The position numbers and the translations under genes were made by a program. A stretch of 56,911 nucleotides of DNA, the filler included, from Sphacelaria rigidula (taxonomy: Eukaryota): the NCBI GenBank assembly GCA_964200075.2. It is 7 parts of 7 records of this genome, joined end to end, with 100 filler letters (N's around TTAATTAATTAA, not from the genome) between each part and the next. Parts side by side here need not be neighbours in the genome. Positions count along the whole stretch, not along the records: positions 24,436 to 32,479 come from CAXNAA020012523.1; positions 32,580 to 40,623 come from CAXNAA020012524.1; 5 more parts are not named here. One strand, written 5' to 3'. The first letter of the stretch is position 1, and every line of letters begins with the position of its first letter. Shown here one piece after another: positions 24,506 to 36,161 of this stretch. The notes under the pieces were generated by a model that saw nothing but the letters and a program-made list of their open reading frames with translations, did not search any database and was not told the DNA's origin.

Positions 24506-27500
24506 AAACAAAAAGCCCAAAAAGTGCATCGAAGAATTGGCCATGTACGGCGTCAGAGCTGGTGCTCTCCCTCAGTGCATAACCCGCCTCACGTGGGCAT
24601 TGGCGCTGATTTTTTACAACGAGACGCGTGTCATGTGGGCGACACTGGCGAAAACGATATTAAGCGTGGGGGGGGGGCTATTGTAGAATGTGTGTTTACG
24701 ACAGAAGATGCCGCGCGTGCTTAATGTGTGCTAACCTTTGAATATTTCTCCGTCGAGCCATGCATAGCTCCACGTCTCTACAGTACAATAATGGGGACAC
24801 AAACGATGTGAAGGGACAATAAAATCAGGACACAAATGATTGGAAAGGGTGACCACTGGTGCTCACCCCATGTACGTGACGAAATTAACAACACGGAGAC
24901 TCCTTCAGACCAAGTGGAGGAACACAGCAGCCTTGCTTTGTATGTCTTAGATTCCCATGACAACCACAATCATAGAGGGGAGGTGATATAATCAGACCAC
25001 ATGTCCTGTGGCGTAAGGCTTCTAAACAACCCCCTTCCCCCCCCCCCCCCTCCCGGAGAAACAAAACTCCGCCGCTGTCCCAGGACACATAGGGTTAGGA
25101 CACGCCTTCACAGTACTTAGTTCTGCAGCATTAGTCTCTACTAAAAACGCCGCCCTCATCCGCCCCGAGTCTTACGTCCTGTCTCCGGAGCTGCTTTCGT
25201 GCACCGCCACTTTGTCGCATCAGCACCGGTCTTCGTGAGCATGCTATATCCATCCCGAACCAATCGGAGTATGGATCTATCCCCACCTCCGGGAAAATAG
25301 ATGTACAGTTTCGACAAATCGCCGTTGAACGGAGAAGAGGATAGCCTCGTGGTACCCATCCTCCTCTGCGGCATCGTTCACTGCGGGGCGGAAACATATG
25401 CCGTCACAAAGCCGCACCCACCCTTCCGGATGCGGTCGTTGGCGTCGAGGTTGCGGGCGATCGGACGTTCGCGCCTCTTCCTGCCATCGCCGTCGTCACC
25501 TTCCTCACGTATATCTTAAACAAGCGTCTTCCACGTCTCGGCTTCAGTGTTGGGGATAACCGTATGACAGGTGGTCACTTGAATATCCCGTAGAACAGCT
25601 TGAATCTTCGCCTGAACACTGCGATACATTTTGCGGGATGCCGATGGAGAGCGCTTGCGAGAGTTACGTTCACGGCCGTTTGCGACCAGAGGCACTCTAG
25701 TTATAAAAATGAACAGTTGTTGGGGCGCACTCGGACGGCATGCTCTCCACAGTCTGGTTTTGGAAACCAGATACTGTACATAATCGTTGCCAAAACCACG
25801 ACCGCAGCGATTTCCGAGAAGTTTCATGACATCATCCATTATGTGGAGGTCAATAGTGACGCTCCTTCGAAGACCTGAGTTGTGAATCCTGCACATTTCA
25901 TTGTATGCTCACCCTTTGGGAGACTGTGCAGGTAAACGTATCTCCGGTGTTGGGGAAACGCATCTAATGGACAGTGCCGTTCTGTCACCGACTACACTAC
26001 ATTTAATCACTCTGATCGCGGTAACCGTTTTCCCACTTGTCTGACCGCTGCAACGGCGAGCACCACTGAAATAGAACTCCCACAGTGCTTTCGAACTCAA
26101 ATATTCTTACGAGGATACAAATGGTGATGATGGCGTCGAAAGAGTACGGGCGCGCCCCTACACCGACACATGATGCATTCCCCATGACCCCATCGCGAAG
26201 CGCGGTTTGTTTCTGTCGCGGGGATTCATCTTTGAAAGTCTACTCTGAGCTGTTCCCGACGAGACAGGATTTGCCCCATCCATACCATTCTGGAAGACTT
26301 TGCGGTATGCTATGTCCTTCCAGTTGAAGACGTCCTCACTTTCATCATCTTCCCTCCGGAAAATACGGTGACCGATCTCCGTGTATGTGCGCGAACAATC
26401 TTCACCCGACCCACGAGCCTAGACGGGTCGCTCTTATTTCCACGAGGTGTCACTTTTATCTCCCGGAGGCGACAGAACATGTGTGTGATCAGGGGTTGCT
26501 CGATGTAATACATACTGGCGCAACAGGGTTCGCATCCGTTTAGGTTCTTTGCTTGGTCACAGCTACCGCCCACGATGAGTCCCTTCAAGACCAAACGCTA
26601 GTTTCAGTTGTGCGAGGTAGACACGATGTCCATCCTCATGGACGCCTGCTGAACAATCAGGACTAGAACCTCAATCACCGAGCTCATGTACGGTTTTTGC
26701 AGCTGGCGGCGACACGCATGGAGTACATGGGGGACATAACGTATATTGCGTCAGATGAGAGTGCCGCGTTCACCGCTCATCGTCTCATGAGATATGGTGA
26801 CTGCGGGGGATGGTGAAGCAGAGCAATACCATGCCCAAGGGTCCAATCCAGGGATGCCAGGACTATCCAACAAGGAATCATGTGATATATGGTTCTTCGA
26901 TGCGCCACGTGACTGAGTTGGTATGCCAGGTGCTTTGGTTCTGCACATGTGCAACGACAGGGGCAGCACTGCAACGACGGTACATCCTACAGGATGCACA
27001 TACGTGACGTCTGTCTCGTAACCCATTGAATAACATACTCGACACAAGTGCGATACATGACACTGGTGACGATATACGTATGTGCCGCCGAAGGGGCTTG
27101 ACGTAATGGTTCGCACGGTGTGGCATGAGCCGAGTAGACTATACTGACGCGTGACCGCCCGCGCTTGCGCCTAGCATAATTCCACTCCCCTTGATGATAG
27201 TGCACTTACTGTGTTGTTTTTTGGCCGGTATGAACATGCATGCAGAGTACTCGTCGCGCCTGTATGTGATTGTCTCATTATTTCTCCCGAAATTGGAACA
27301 TGCGTGGGCGCATGCTCCCTAAGTGCGCAACACTAATCTCCCCTTATTGCACAACAACACTCGATGTTTCGGCGTGTTTAAAGGACTCCGACGTAGTCTG
27401 GTAGGATTTTGATATCGCCGCCTTACATCATCATAATCAAGGCGCTCCTGGTGGGACGTCAAAAGGGTGTGAAAGACGGCTTCTTATGTATGAATGGTTG

Positions 27501-28366
27501 GGGAGGTAACCCAAGTCCATCGCGGTCTTGTGTTAACAATTGGTCGGCACCACACGCGGAGAACTTCTTTCGGAGGACATTCCCCCAGAGTTGCTCATTT
27601 CGAGTGGACTCAGTCATGTCGTGCTCACGTCATACAGCCTCGATCGTTCAGGTGATACCGTCCGCGATTGTTTTTTTCTCAGCGTAGAATATGAGACAAA
27701 TGCGATGTTCCAGAAACGTGACGTGTCATGGGTACAGCATCATGTTTACCCCTACTGCACCACACAGATATCGTGCCGCCAACGTTAACTCTTCTAGCGC
27801 TGCTCACGGTAAAACGAATCGTTTTCAGTGTATTCTCACCTTTGACCCTCAACCCCTTTGCCACGCGGGAGACGATCTTCCGGAGACCCGGGAGGCACGC
27901 TCAAGGACAAGCTTAGGAATCCCAAACCGATCATTCGTCGAGCTGCGCATATATGGACCATCGAGTCAGAATTCTTTCCATCGCTGTTCGAGGCAGGTGT
28001 TGCAACTTGTGGAAGGTTGACATCCGGGTGTTCTTTTACAGGCATGGAGACTGCGTCCTTACTTGCACTGACGCGCTGTGACCGAGGACAAAAGGCTTCG
28101 GGCAGACAACGGTAACTACTCAGCCGATGGCGAAACATCCTGTGATGACCTCGTGTTCCCCCCCATTCGCGAAGAAGCTGTATCGTTCCATGTCTACTTC
28201 ACGCGGTGTGTCCGCTGTCCCATACTATCCGCTGGGCTGAAATAAGCGGAGACGGGGTGGTCGGGTTACTGACCCCATGCAGGTGATGAAAATCTATAGT
28301 ACTTTAGTTGGGTGCGATGTCATCCTACACTTTTATCTAATATGAGCAAGAGCTCAGGGGTTTTGA

Positions 28367-29562
28367 CTCTTAGACCGCGAGATTAGTCTTTCTGGATCAT
28401 GCATATTTTGTTTCACTTGAAATTGATGCCGAGTCCACAGAAGACTAACGTCGCGGTCTAAGGGTTGACCCGTAGACCGCGAGGAGGGTAGTCCATCCGG
28501 ATCACACACAGATTTTTCAAGTGAAATTGATGCCGATTCCGCAGGTAACCTGTTGTCGCGGTCAAGGGGACAACAGCTGACAGGTTCCGAAATATCCGAG
28601 TCTGCCACACAGCATATATGGTCGTCGTGATCACAACCGGTAATGACTGTCCGTTTGGTATGTAAAGCAAGTTGTGCCGCGAGGAGCGTCCATGATTTCT
28701 CGGAGTTACCGTTCGCCAGGTCATTTTCGCATCAGTAACTTGCGCATAACACAAACGCTAACGCCGACGCTGTAACGACCTCGCGATGGGGAGGAAGCCA
28801 GCTGAATCGAGACGAGGATACGCTTGTGCGGTGAGCATAGGGGGGTCGTGGTGCATGTCTGGCCATACATTCTGTAAAAACAGCGCAAGTGCGGTCAATA
28901 GCACATTAGTAACCGTCACCATATCAAACAGCATAGCGAAGATGCCCCTACAAATGCCATTCGGCTTGGGTATTAACCCTTAGACCGCGAGATTAATCTC
29001 TCTGGATCATGCATATGTTTTTTCACTTGAAATTGATGCCGATTCAACGGAAGACTAACCTCGTGGTCTAAGGGTTAACCCTTGAACGGCGGGAGTAGGT
29101 CATGTGTTGAATGGTGAAATTTTCACTTGAAAACCCCATGCATGACCCAGATGGACTACCCTCGCGGTCCAAGGGTCAACAGATGTATCTTGAATCGGGG
29201 AGACCTCGGCTTTCCACCGACGTTTCGCAAAACTCGGCGGAAAAATCGTTCTGAAATCGCGACACCCCGATTTGGCCCAGATCGGAGTCCATAAAATTTT
29301 GATAATAAGTAGCCGGTCACCCCGGTGGCTCAGTTGGTAACTTCGAAACTCTCTGACGGTTGGGTCGTGGGTTCATTTCTCTGAGCGATCTCGGATTGTT
29401 TCTCACACCATGCCCAACAACAGTGAAGAGGGACCATGTCGTGGGTACCCAACGTTCGATTTAACCCTTAGACCGCGAGGTTAGTCTTCTGTTGAATCGG
29501 CATCAATTTCGAGTGAAAACAAGTATGCATGATCCAGAAAGACTAATCTCGCGGTCTAAGGG
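28367..29562. mobile_element. Cluster of about 98-bp piggyBac-like MITEs
   Basis: TTAA|CCCTTAGACCGCGAG...CTCGCGGTCTAAGGG|TTAA units at 28367-28464, 28469-28568, 28977-29074, 29079-29175 and 29465-29562. Another copy at 19413-19514 and a partial one near 36895-36970. Confidence 0.88.
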
Positions 29563-29900
29563 TTAAGAAACCGAATGACTGCTGAGCTGAACAGCCAGCG
29601 CGCGCTGGCTGTTTAGCTCAGCAGTCATTCGGTTTTTAAACAAAAGCTAAGTTCGGTGGGCCCGTCGCATGACCCCGAGTACTCACACCCCAGGGTTGCT
29701 ATCCCTGTAACCAACACTGTTCAGTTCAACCGGTGGACTTCGACTGCACCCAGTGCTCAACATCGAATTCAAGTTCTCAGTCGTTTTCCGTTTCTTCCGA
29801 CCGCACCCTGACGAACTTAGCTTTTGTTATGAAACCGATTGACTCTTGAGAAAAACAGCAAGCGCTGGCTGTTTAGCTCAGCAGTCAATCGGTTTCTTGA
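29563..29900. mobile_element. Inverted-repeat element whose arms are themselves hairpins
   Basis: Near-perfect palindrome at 29568-29635, a degenerate copy at 29832-29895, and inner inverted repeats AACAAAAGCTAAGTTCG / CGAACTTAGCTTTTGTT. Confidence 0.8.
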
Positions 29901-30439
29901 CAGTATCCCACGTTGCAAATCATGTGTAGGCTGCGTGATGTTTCAGACTGTGGTGCCTTCACGGTTGCGTCAGAAAACCTGGCGCATGTGCAAGGCATCT
30001 TGTGCATGTACAAGGCATACCAAGCGCAAAAACATCGGCATAACACATACCCCCAAATCGCTTGGGAAATACCAGAGGTGCTGGACGTCCATCGTTTCGA
30101 ATAAATAAGCCGGACCGTGGAGTAGGTGCGAGTGGGTGCCAGAAATAAGTGAAATGCGCAGCATCGGTTGTGAAGAGCGAATACTATATATCTGTATAAG
30201 TCATCGGCTATGACCCGCTCATGCGGCACAGCCAGCTGCCTGGCGCTTTACAGTGTATCTCTCATCACATTGATGGAGCCGCACTAGCGACGCAGGGAGC
30301 CTGCGGTGGTGCGGGGTGCTGTACAAGCAGAAAAGCAGCAGCCGCCATCAGTATATAGCAAGAGTAGCCGAAGGAGTTTCACTTTGTTTTGGTTCACAAC
30401 CAACCGAGTGCTCTCGTAGTGCGAACGGATATTTATTTC

Positions 30440-31421
30440 ATCAGCTACCTGACTCTTCCCAGATTCCCGCGCCGGTCCCACCTTGCTATCCACCACATTC
30501 ATGTTCTCAACCATCTGAGAAAATAGGTAGCGTGGACGAATCAGAAACGAGCAAATTTGATTCGACCACACGTTTTCACACGAAACCAATTTGATAAGAC
30601 ACGGCCGTGTCCCATCAAATTGGTTTCGACCCGAAAACGTACGGTGGAATCGAATTCGCTTGTTTCTGATTCGTCCACGCTGCTCACTTCCTTAGATGAG
30701 GTCGTGTCTTATCAAATTGTTTTCGACTCGAAAACGTGCGGTGGAATCGAATTCGCTCGTTTCTGATTCGTCCACGCTGCTCATTTTCTCAGATGGTTGA
30801 GAACATGAATGCCGTGGACGTATCAGGCACGAGGAAATTTGCGTTCACCGTACGTTTTCGAGTCAAGAACAATTTGATAAGACACGGCCTTAGGCGGTGT
30901 CTTATCACATTGTTTTTCACTCGAAAACGTGCGGCGTAGAATCGAATCCGCTCGTTTCTGATTCGTCCACGCTGCTCATTTTCTCAGATGGTTGAGAACA
31001 TGAATGCCGTGGACGTATCAGGCACAAGCAAATTTGCGTTCACCGTACGTTTTCGAGTCACAAACAATTTGATAAGACACGGCCTCAGGCGGTGTCTTAT
31101 CATATTGTTTTTCACTCGAAAACGTGCGGTGTAGAATCGAATCCGCTCGTTTCTGATTCGTCCACGCTACTAGTTTTCTGAGATGGTTGAGAGCATGGAT
31201 GCCGGTGACGTATCAGGCAAGAGACACTGCCTCAGGCAGTGTTTAATCAAATTGTTTTCGCCCCAAAACGTACGGCGATTGAATTTGCCCTTACCTGATA
31301 CGTCCACGGCATTCATGTTCTCAACCATCTAAGAAAATAAAGAGCATCGGCGAATCAGAAACTAGGGAATTCGATTCGACCGCACGTTTTTGACACGAAA
31401 ACAATTTGATAAGGCACGGCC
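30440..31421. mobile_element. Tandem chain of about 190-bp PIF/Harbinger (Tourist-like) MITEs
   Basis: TIR GGC(C/G)GTGTCTTATCA...TGATAAGACACGGCC. Units at 30700-30889, 30893-31084, 31088-31231 and 31235-31421 (inverted) are separated by TTA or TCA. Partial copies at about 30440-30606 and 30603-30698. Confidence 0.88.
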
Positions 31422-32579
31422 TCAACAGTCCCTTTCCCTCGTTGACCACTCGAACACCAAAGTGAAGCATTTTTTCGAGTGAACACGCGAAAAATTATGA
31501 TCGCGGTTTATCCTGTACGCGTTGATGGTGATACATATGATTATCCCAACAATAAGCATGGTTTGATGCTGTACTGGACAGTAGAATACCGTGTATGACA
31601 GTACCATATCGTGCTTATATACGTGCTGTACAATAAACTGCAAAGTTAGCGCGGCATACGCGCCACGTGTGGCTAAACAAAGTGGATGCCTGTAACTTCG
31701 GGTGCATAGCGGTGTTATATACCGTGAGCAACTGAGTATACACGACGCCCGTTCTTGTGGCGTGTTCACCGCTGCAGTCAGTAGGACGTGAAAGGGAAGC
31801 GCACAAAGTACAGTGCAGACAGCGCAGGACTATATGTATGTTTTCTGCTCACAGTGCGACGCGAAAAGAACTTCAATAGTGTGCGCAGCTTTGTCTACCG
31901 GCACTGTTCATGGGTGTGTATGCAGTGAACCGCCGGTTGTTGCTTGCACCATTCCCCGATACTCAGGTTCAAACTTCCACCAACAAGACATATATCATGC
32001 TCAACTACTGCAGTGTGTATCTATATCCCTGTGCCTAACCCGTGCTCTTTGCTGCAGGGTTATCGTGGTGGTATTATAGCTGGGGATAAGTGTTGTCGGG
32101 TTTGCAATTCAATCTGTGAACGGCGGGTGATACATATATGTTTTATGGCGTGATGGTCCCAAAGGTCCCCTGGAAGCAGTTATAGGACACAAGTACACAA
32201 CAAGTGTAAATGTACACGCTGGAGGATACTGCACGGCTATGTCTTCCGGGGTCGCAACAAATGCCTTAGAGGCCATAGTCGGTCCCTCCGCCAGAGGAAT
32301 GATGCTCATATTTCTTTCTGCCGTTCATATTTCGCTCTAAGGGACGTTCACGAAAACCACGTGCTCCAGTGCACCATATTATTTTTGGTACTCTGGAGGG
32401 ATTCAGACCTCAGAAGTCACTGAAGCATCAGATGCCCTCCAGACTAATGCCGAGATAGCCCCCCCACAAAAAGTGCACCNNNNNNNNNNNNNNNNNNNNN
32501 NNNNNNNNNNNNNNNNNNNNNNNTTAATTAATTAANNNNNNNNNNNNNNNNNNNNNNNNNNNNNNNNNNNNNNNNNNNN

Positions 32580-32640
32580 ATGCGAGGTCAATGGTCTGAT
32601 GACTATGGCAAGCATGATCATGAGTACACCCCCCCCCCCC
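32580..32640 (+). mobile_element. 3' end of C-tailed LINE-related element
   Basis: ATGCGAGGTCAATGGTCTGATGACTATGGCAAGCATGATCATGAGTACA followed by 12 C. Confidence 0.8.
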
Positions 32641-32658
32641 TACCGCTGTATGGCTCAG

Positions 32659-33061
32659 GCCGACACTATTGCTCAGCTGAAGCTCGATGCGACGGGGAGG
32701 GCGGATGCACAAAATGGGCAAAGCAGGAGTGAAGAAGCACGGAAGGCTCTGCGCGATCTGCGGGCGGATCACGTGAAGCTTCTGCAAGCTGTCGTTAACG
32801 CTGTGGCCCCCGCAACAGAAAACGACCCGTCGGCAGAGTACGGAGAGAGGGAGTCGGCTTTGTCGGAGGGCTCGGAGAGTTCACGAGAGTTGTTGACGCG
32901 GCTGGCTGCTCTCGTATCATCTCTTGTTCGCAGTGTTGTCACGCCGCTGTCGGTACTTCCGCTGTCTCGACCGCCGTCCGACGGACTTACTTCATCTGCG
33001 TTTGCCGGTGGGGGGGACCTGGCCGCGGCTGCTGCAAAGAGCGCTGCCGATGCTACACCTG
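32659..33061 (+). CDS. Internal exon of an unknown gene (helical or coiled-coil-like, then low complexity)
   Basis: Acceptor ...ggctcag|GCC, GC-rich open frame ADTIAQLKLD...AADATP, phase-1 donor G|GTGGGT. The phase matches the next exon. Confidence 0.6.
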
Positions 33062-35747
33062 GTGGGTGGGTTGTCGGCTCGAAGATGAGGGAGTTGTGAC
33101 GAACGGGAATGGTTGAGGATACGTATGAAAAAGGCGGTCCTCGCGTGATGGTTGTTTGATTGTCGTATAGCGTGATGATTGTTTGACTGAGTGATTGATT
33201 GATTGATTGATTGATTGGAGGATTGATGGATGGATTTAGTGATTGGCTGTTGCACATTAAGTGATGCCCGTAGGATGCAGCCGTCGTTGGAGGATTGAGT
33301 TATGCAAGATACACGAAACGGAGACACGCGATGCAAGAAAACTCGAGAACGGGAAAGTATACAAAATGGCGCAAGGTAGAAGGAATAGATTGCATTTATA
33401 CTAGTCTGTGAAAAACAACATAAAAGCGAAGATCAAAATCAAGTGAGGAAAGTAAGAAATACTGCCACGATCATTTCTAGGACAGGAGCAAGGTGAGAAA
33501 TGCGACCCCTGCCACATGGCTTCAGGTAAGTAGGCCGTATAAAACAAAATAAGACAAGACAAGACAGGACAGGACAGCAAAATGAAACGAAACGAAACAA
33601 AGCGAAGAAGGCCGTAGAACGAGGTTGTGGCTCAGTTATTTCGGAAAGCATAGTATTTGGGCATGAGCAATTACCCACGAGATTGGAAGGTGCGAGACAC
33701 AACCACTCCTACAGTAATTGAGTAACGTATCCCGAAACTTGTAAACAGCTCTGACCTCTAAAGCGATTCGTTGTCTGTGGTTGACAGCCGTTTTAAAATT
33801 TGTTCGAATGTATGCACGATCAAGTCTTATGACGAAAAGGGTGCAGATGCAGACCATCTCGGCGCTCACACGGTTCGCGATTGGATTTCCCGAGTTTGTT
33901 TTCGTAATTGTATCGCAAAGAGTCATCACACATTTTGACAGAAACACTACAGGTACATCCGCCCCCGTACATTAACACACCTGTTGCTCATCCGCTTATT
34001 TTGGTTTTCTTGTTTTGCCTCCCCAACGATATATATGTTCCTGCTGGTTCAGGGTGAGTGCCCAAAATTTATTCCCGCCAGATACAGAGCGCGAAACTGA
34101 CCCGATAGGGAAATATTTGGTTATCATAGTGACCCCCACGAAAAAGCGAGCAGTGTGACATGGGTGGAATGGATCGTGCGTCCTTTGCTGTGGCGCTGTA
34201 GTAGTGAAAATGTATTCTCGGCCAATCAGGGACCTTGACATTGTTCTGAAACAAAAAATGGGGATTCCCTACACCGCATCTACCCAATTCTACCATGAAT
34301 CAAGCCTTGGTAGCTGCCATCGGCTACAGAATATAATACAAACAACAAATTCAAGACGGTTTGTATGGGATCGAGTTATACCCTCAAACCGTGGTATTCC
34401 GTTTATGTGGAGTTTTGGCTTCGTCGGATTCGCCCTGATTATATGCATCGAAGACCCAAAAAGCTTCGTGACGGTTTCCCCTGTTATTTGTCGTGGAAAT
34501 GCTCCGATCATCCTCAAACTTGGCAGTTCGGTAGATGTGGGTGTTCCGAATGGGGAAAAATATCGTTCAAGAATATTTCGAAGTCCAGCCACTCTTTACT
34601 GGCTTCAGGGGGTCCCTGCGTGAAGACCCCCAGAAGCCGTTACAGATTACCGCAATAATTATTATTCTGTTCGTCACATTAGCTCGATCTCTCGAACCCG
34701 TGGTCACAGAGTGCAAGGAGCATACCACCCATACCCATAAATCAAGCAGCCCACAGAGGAAGGCAAAAAACAAAACATCTACACGAAAAAAGGCACCTAT
34801 ATAAAGAAAAAAACAAATTTCACTTGTCCTGAGGTGGTCCAACGGACATTTGTACAAAGTTTCCTTGCGTAACTCGAAAAAGCTTGAGCTCACGAGAAAA
34901 AGGTCGGTTGCATACGAAAGTCAAGTAATTGGGAGGTTCAGCAGATTATTTAACACTTGACCCTACATACGGGCGACTTCTCACGCGGGTGTTTGGAGTT
35001 TGACCCTGAAAATTTTGCACTCGTGTACTATTCTATGGGTTATTGCAAAATTTCCTATGGATTGATTCGGCTTCGTTCTTTCTCTGTCACCAGATATCCG
35101 GGGTCCCACGAGACCATATGAGACCATATGAGATCATATGAGACCACATGGCCCCCAGGACTCACGGGACCCTCGAGACCCTGGATATCTGGCGAAAGGA
35201 AGAAAGCGTTCGTAGAATGTTTCGCAATGTCCCATAGCGTATGTGTGCAAAATTTCAGGGTCAAAGTCTGAAAACTTGCATGAGAAACCGCAGGTGGATT
35301 CTTTTTGAGCATTCATCCTGAACCAGCCTGTATGTGGAAAATACACGATACCATGCTACAATGTTGAGGTTTCGCATAGCTGACATGTAGCTACTAAACC
35401 ATCACCAGTGTACACCGTCAGTGGAAACATTAGAACAAAAACAGTCACATGATTACATCTACTGCGCACGAGATATCTCCGCCACAAGCTGTCGACAAAA
35501 AGGATTATGTAGACAGATATGTAGGTAGACATCTCAAGACGTACGTAAAAGCACGCGGTAGGTACAGTAGGATAATGACGATGCTCGAAGTGAAATTCGT
35601 AATACTGCACAAGCTAGGCAGTTCTTCATTTTTTGCAGTATTTTTCCGCGTTGATAGGATGCATATTTATATGTGTTTTTACATTGTCAGCTTGGCCACT
35701 CTACACGTCTGATTCCAAACGCCTATCAACTTATTTTTTCACTCCAG

Positions 35748-36161
35748 GTACCAGCAGGAATTCTGAGCTCGCGAGGGGGGGCAGCAGCAACCGCAACGGC
35801 GCCAACACTACCGACATCTGGGGGCTGCGAACCAACATCAATTCCGACAACAGTCAGAGCCAGAACGAACGTAGCAGTCAATCATCTACACTACCAACGC
35901 ATCTGCCGACCGGACCCGCGCTTGTTAACCCTCGGGCCGCGGGAATCGGGGCGCACGCGGGGATCACAGAAGGTCACCCCGTGCTACCCCCGCCGCCTCC
36001 ATCAGCCCTTGACTTTTTGGTGCCGGAAAATCTTGCATTCACCTTGTATATCGTGCGGGCACAAGATTCGTACCCTCCGTTGGGATCTCTCGCCGTGCGT
36101 TCGGCTGCTGACCGCGCGGACGGAGTGGTGAGAGTGGACAAAATCGACAGCAAGGGCAGCG
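35748..36161 (+). CDS. Next internal exon of the same unknown gene
   Basis: Strong acceptor ttattttttcactccag|GT (phase 1), open frame (G)TSRNSELARG...VDKIDSKGS, donor G|GTGAG. An alternative donor lies near 36127. Confidence 0.6.

Noticed and set aside
30440-31421. CRISPR-like array
   Set aside because: The units are homologous throughout, with TIRs and no unique spacers. The context is eukaryotic and there are no cas genes.
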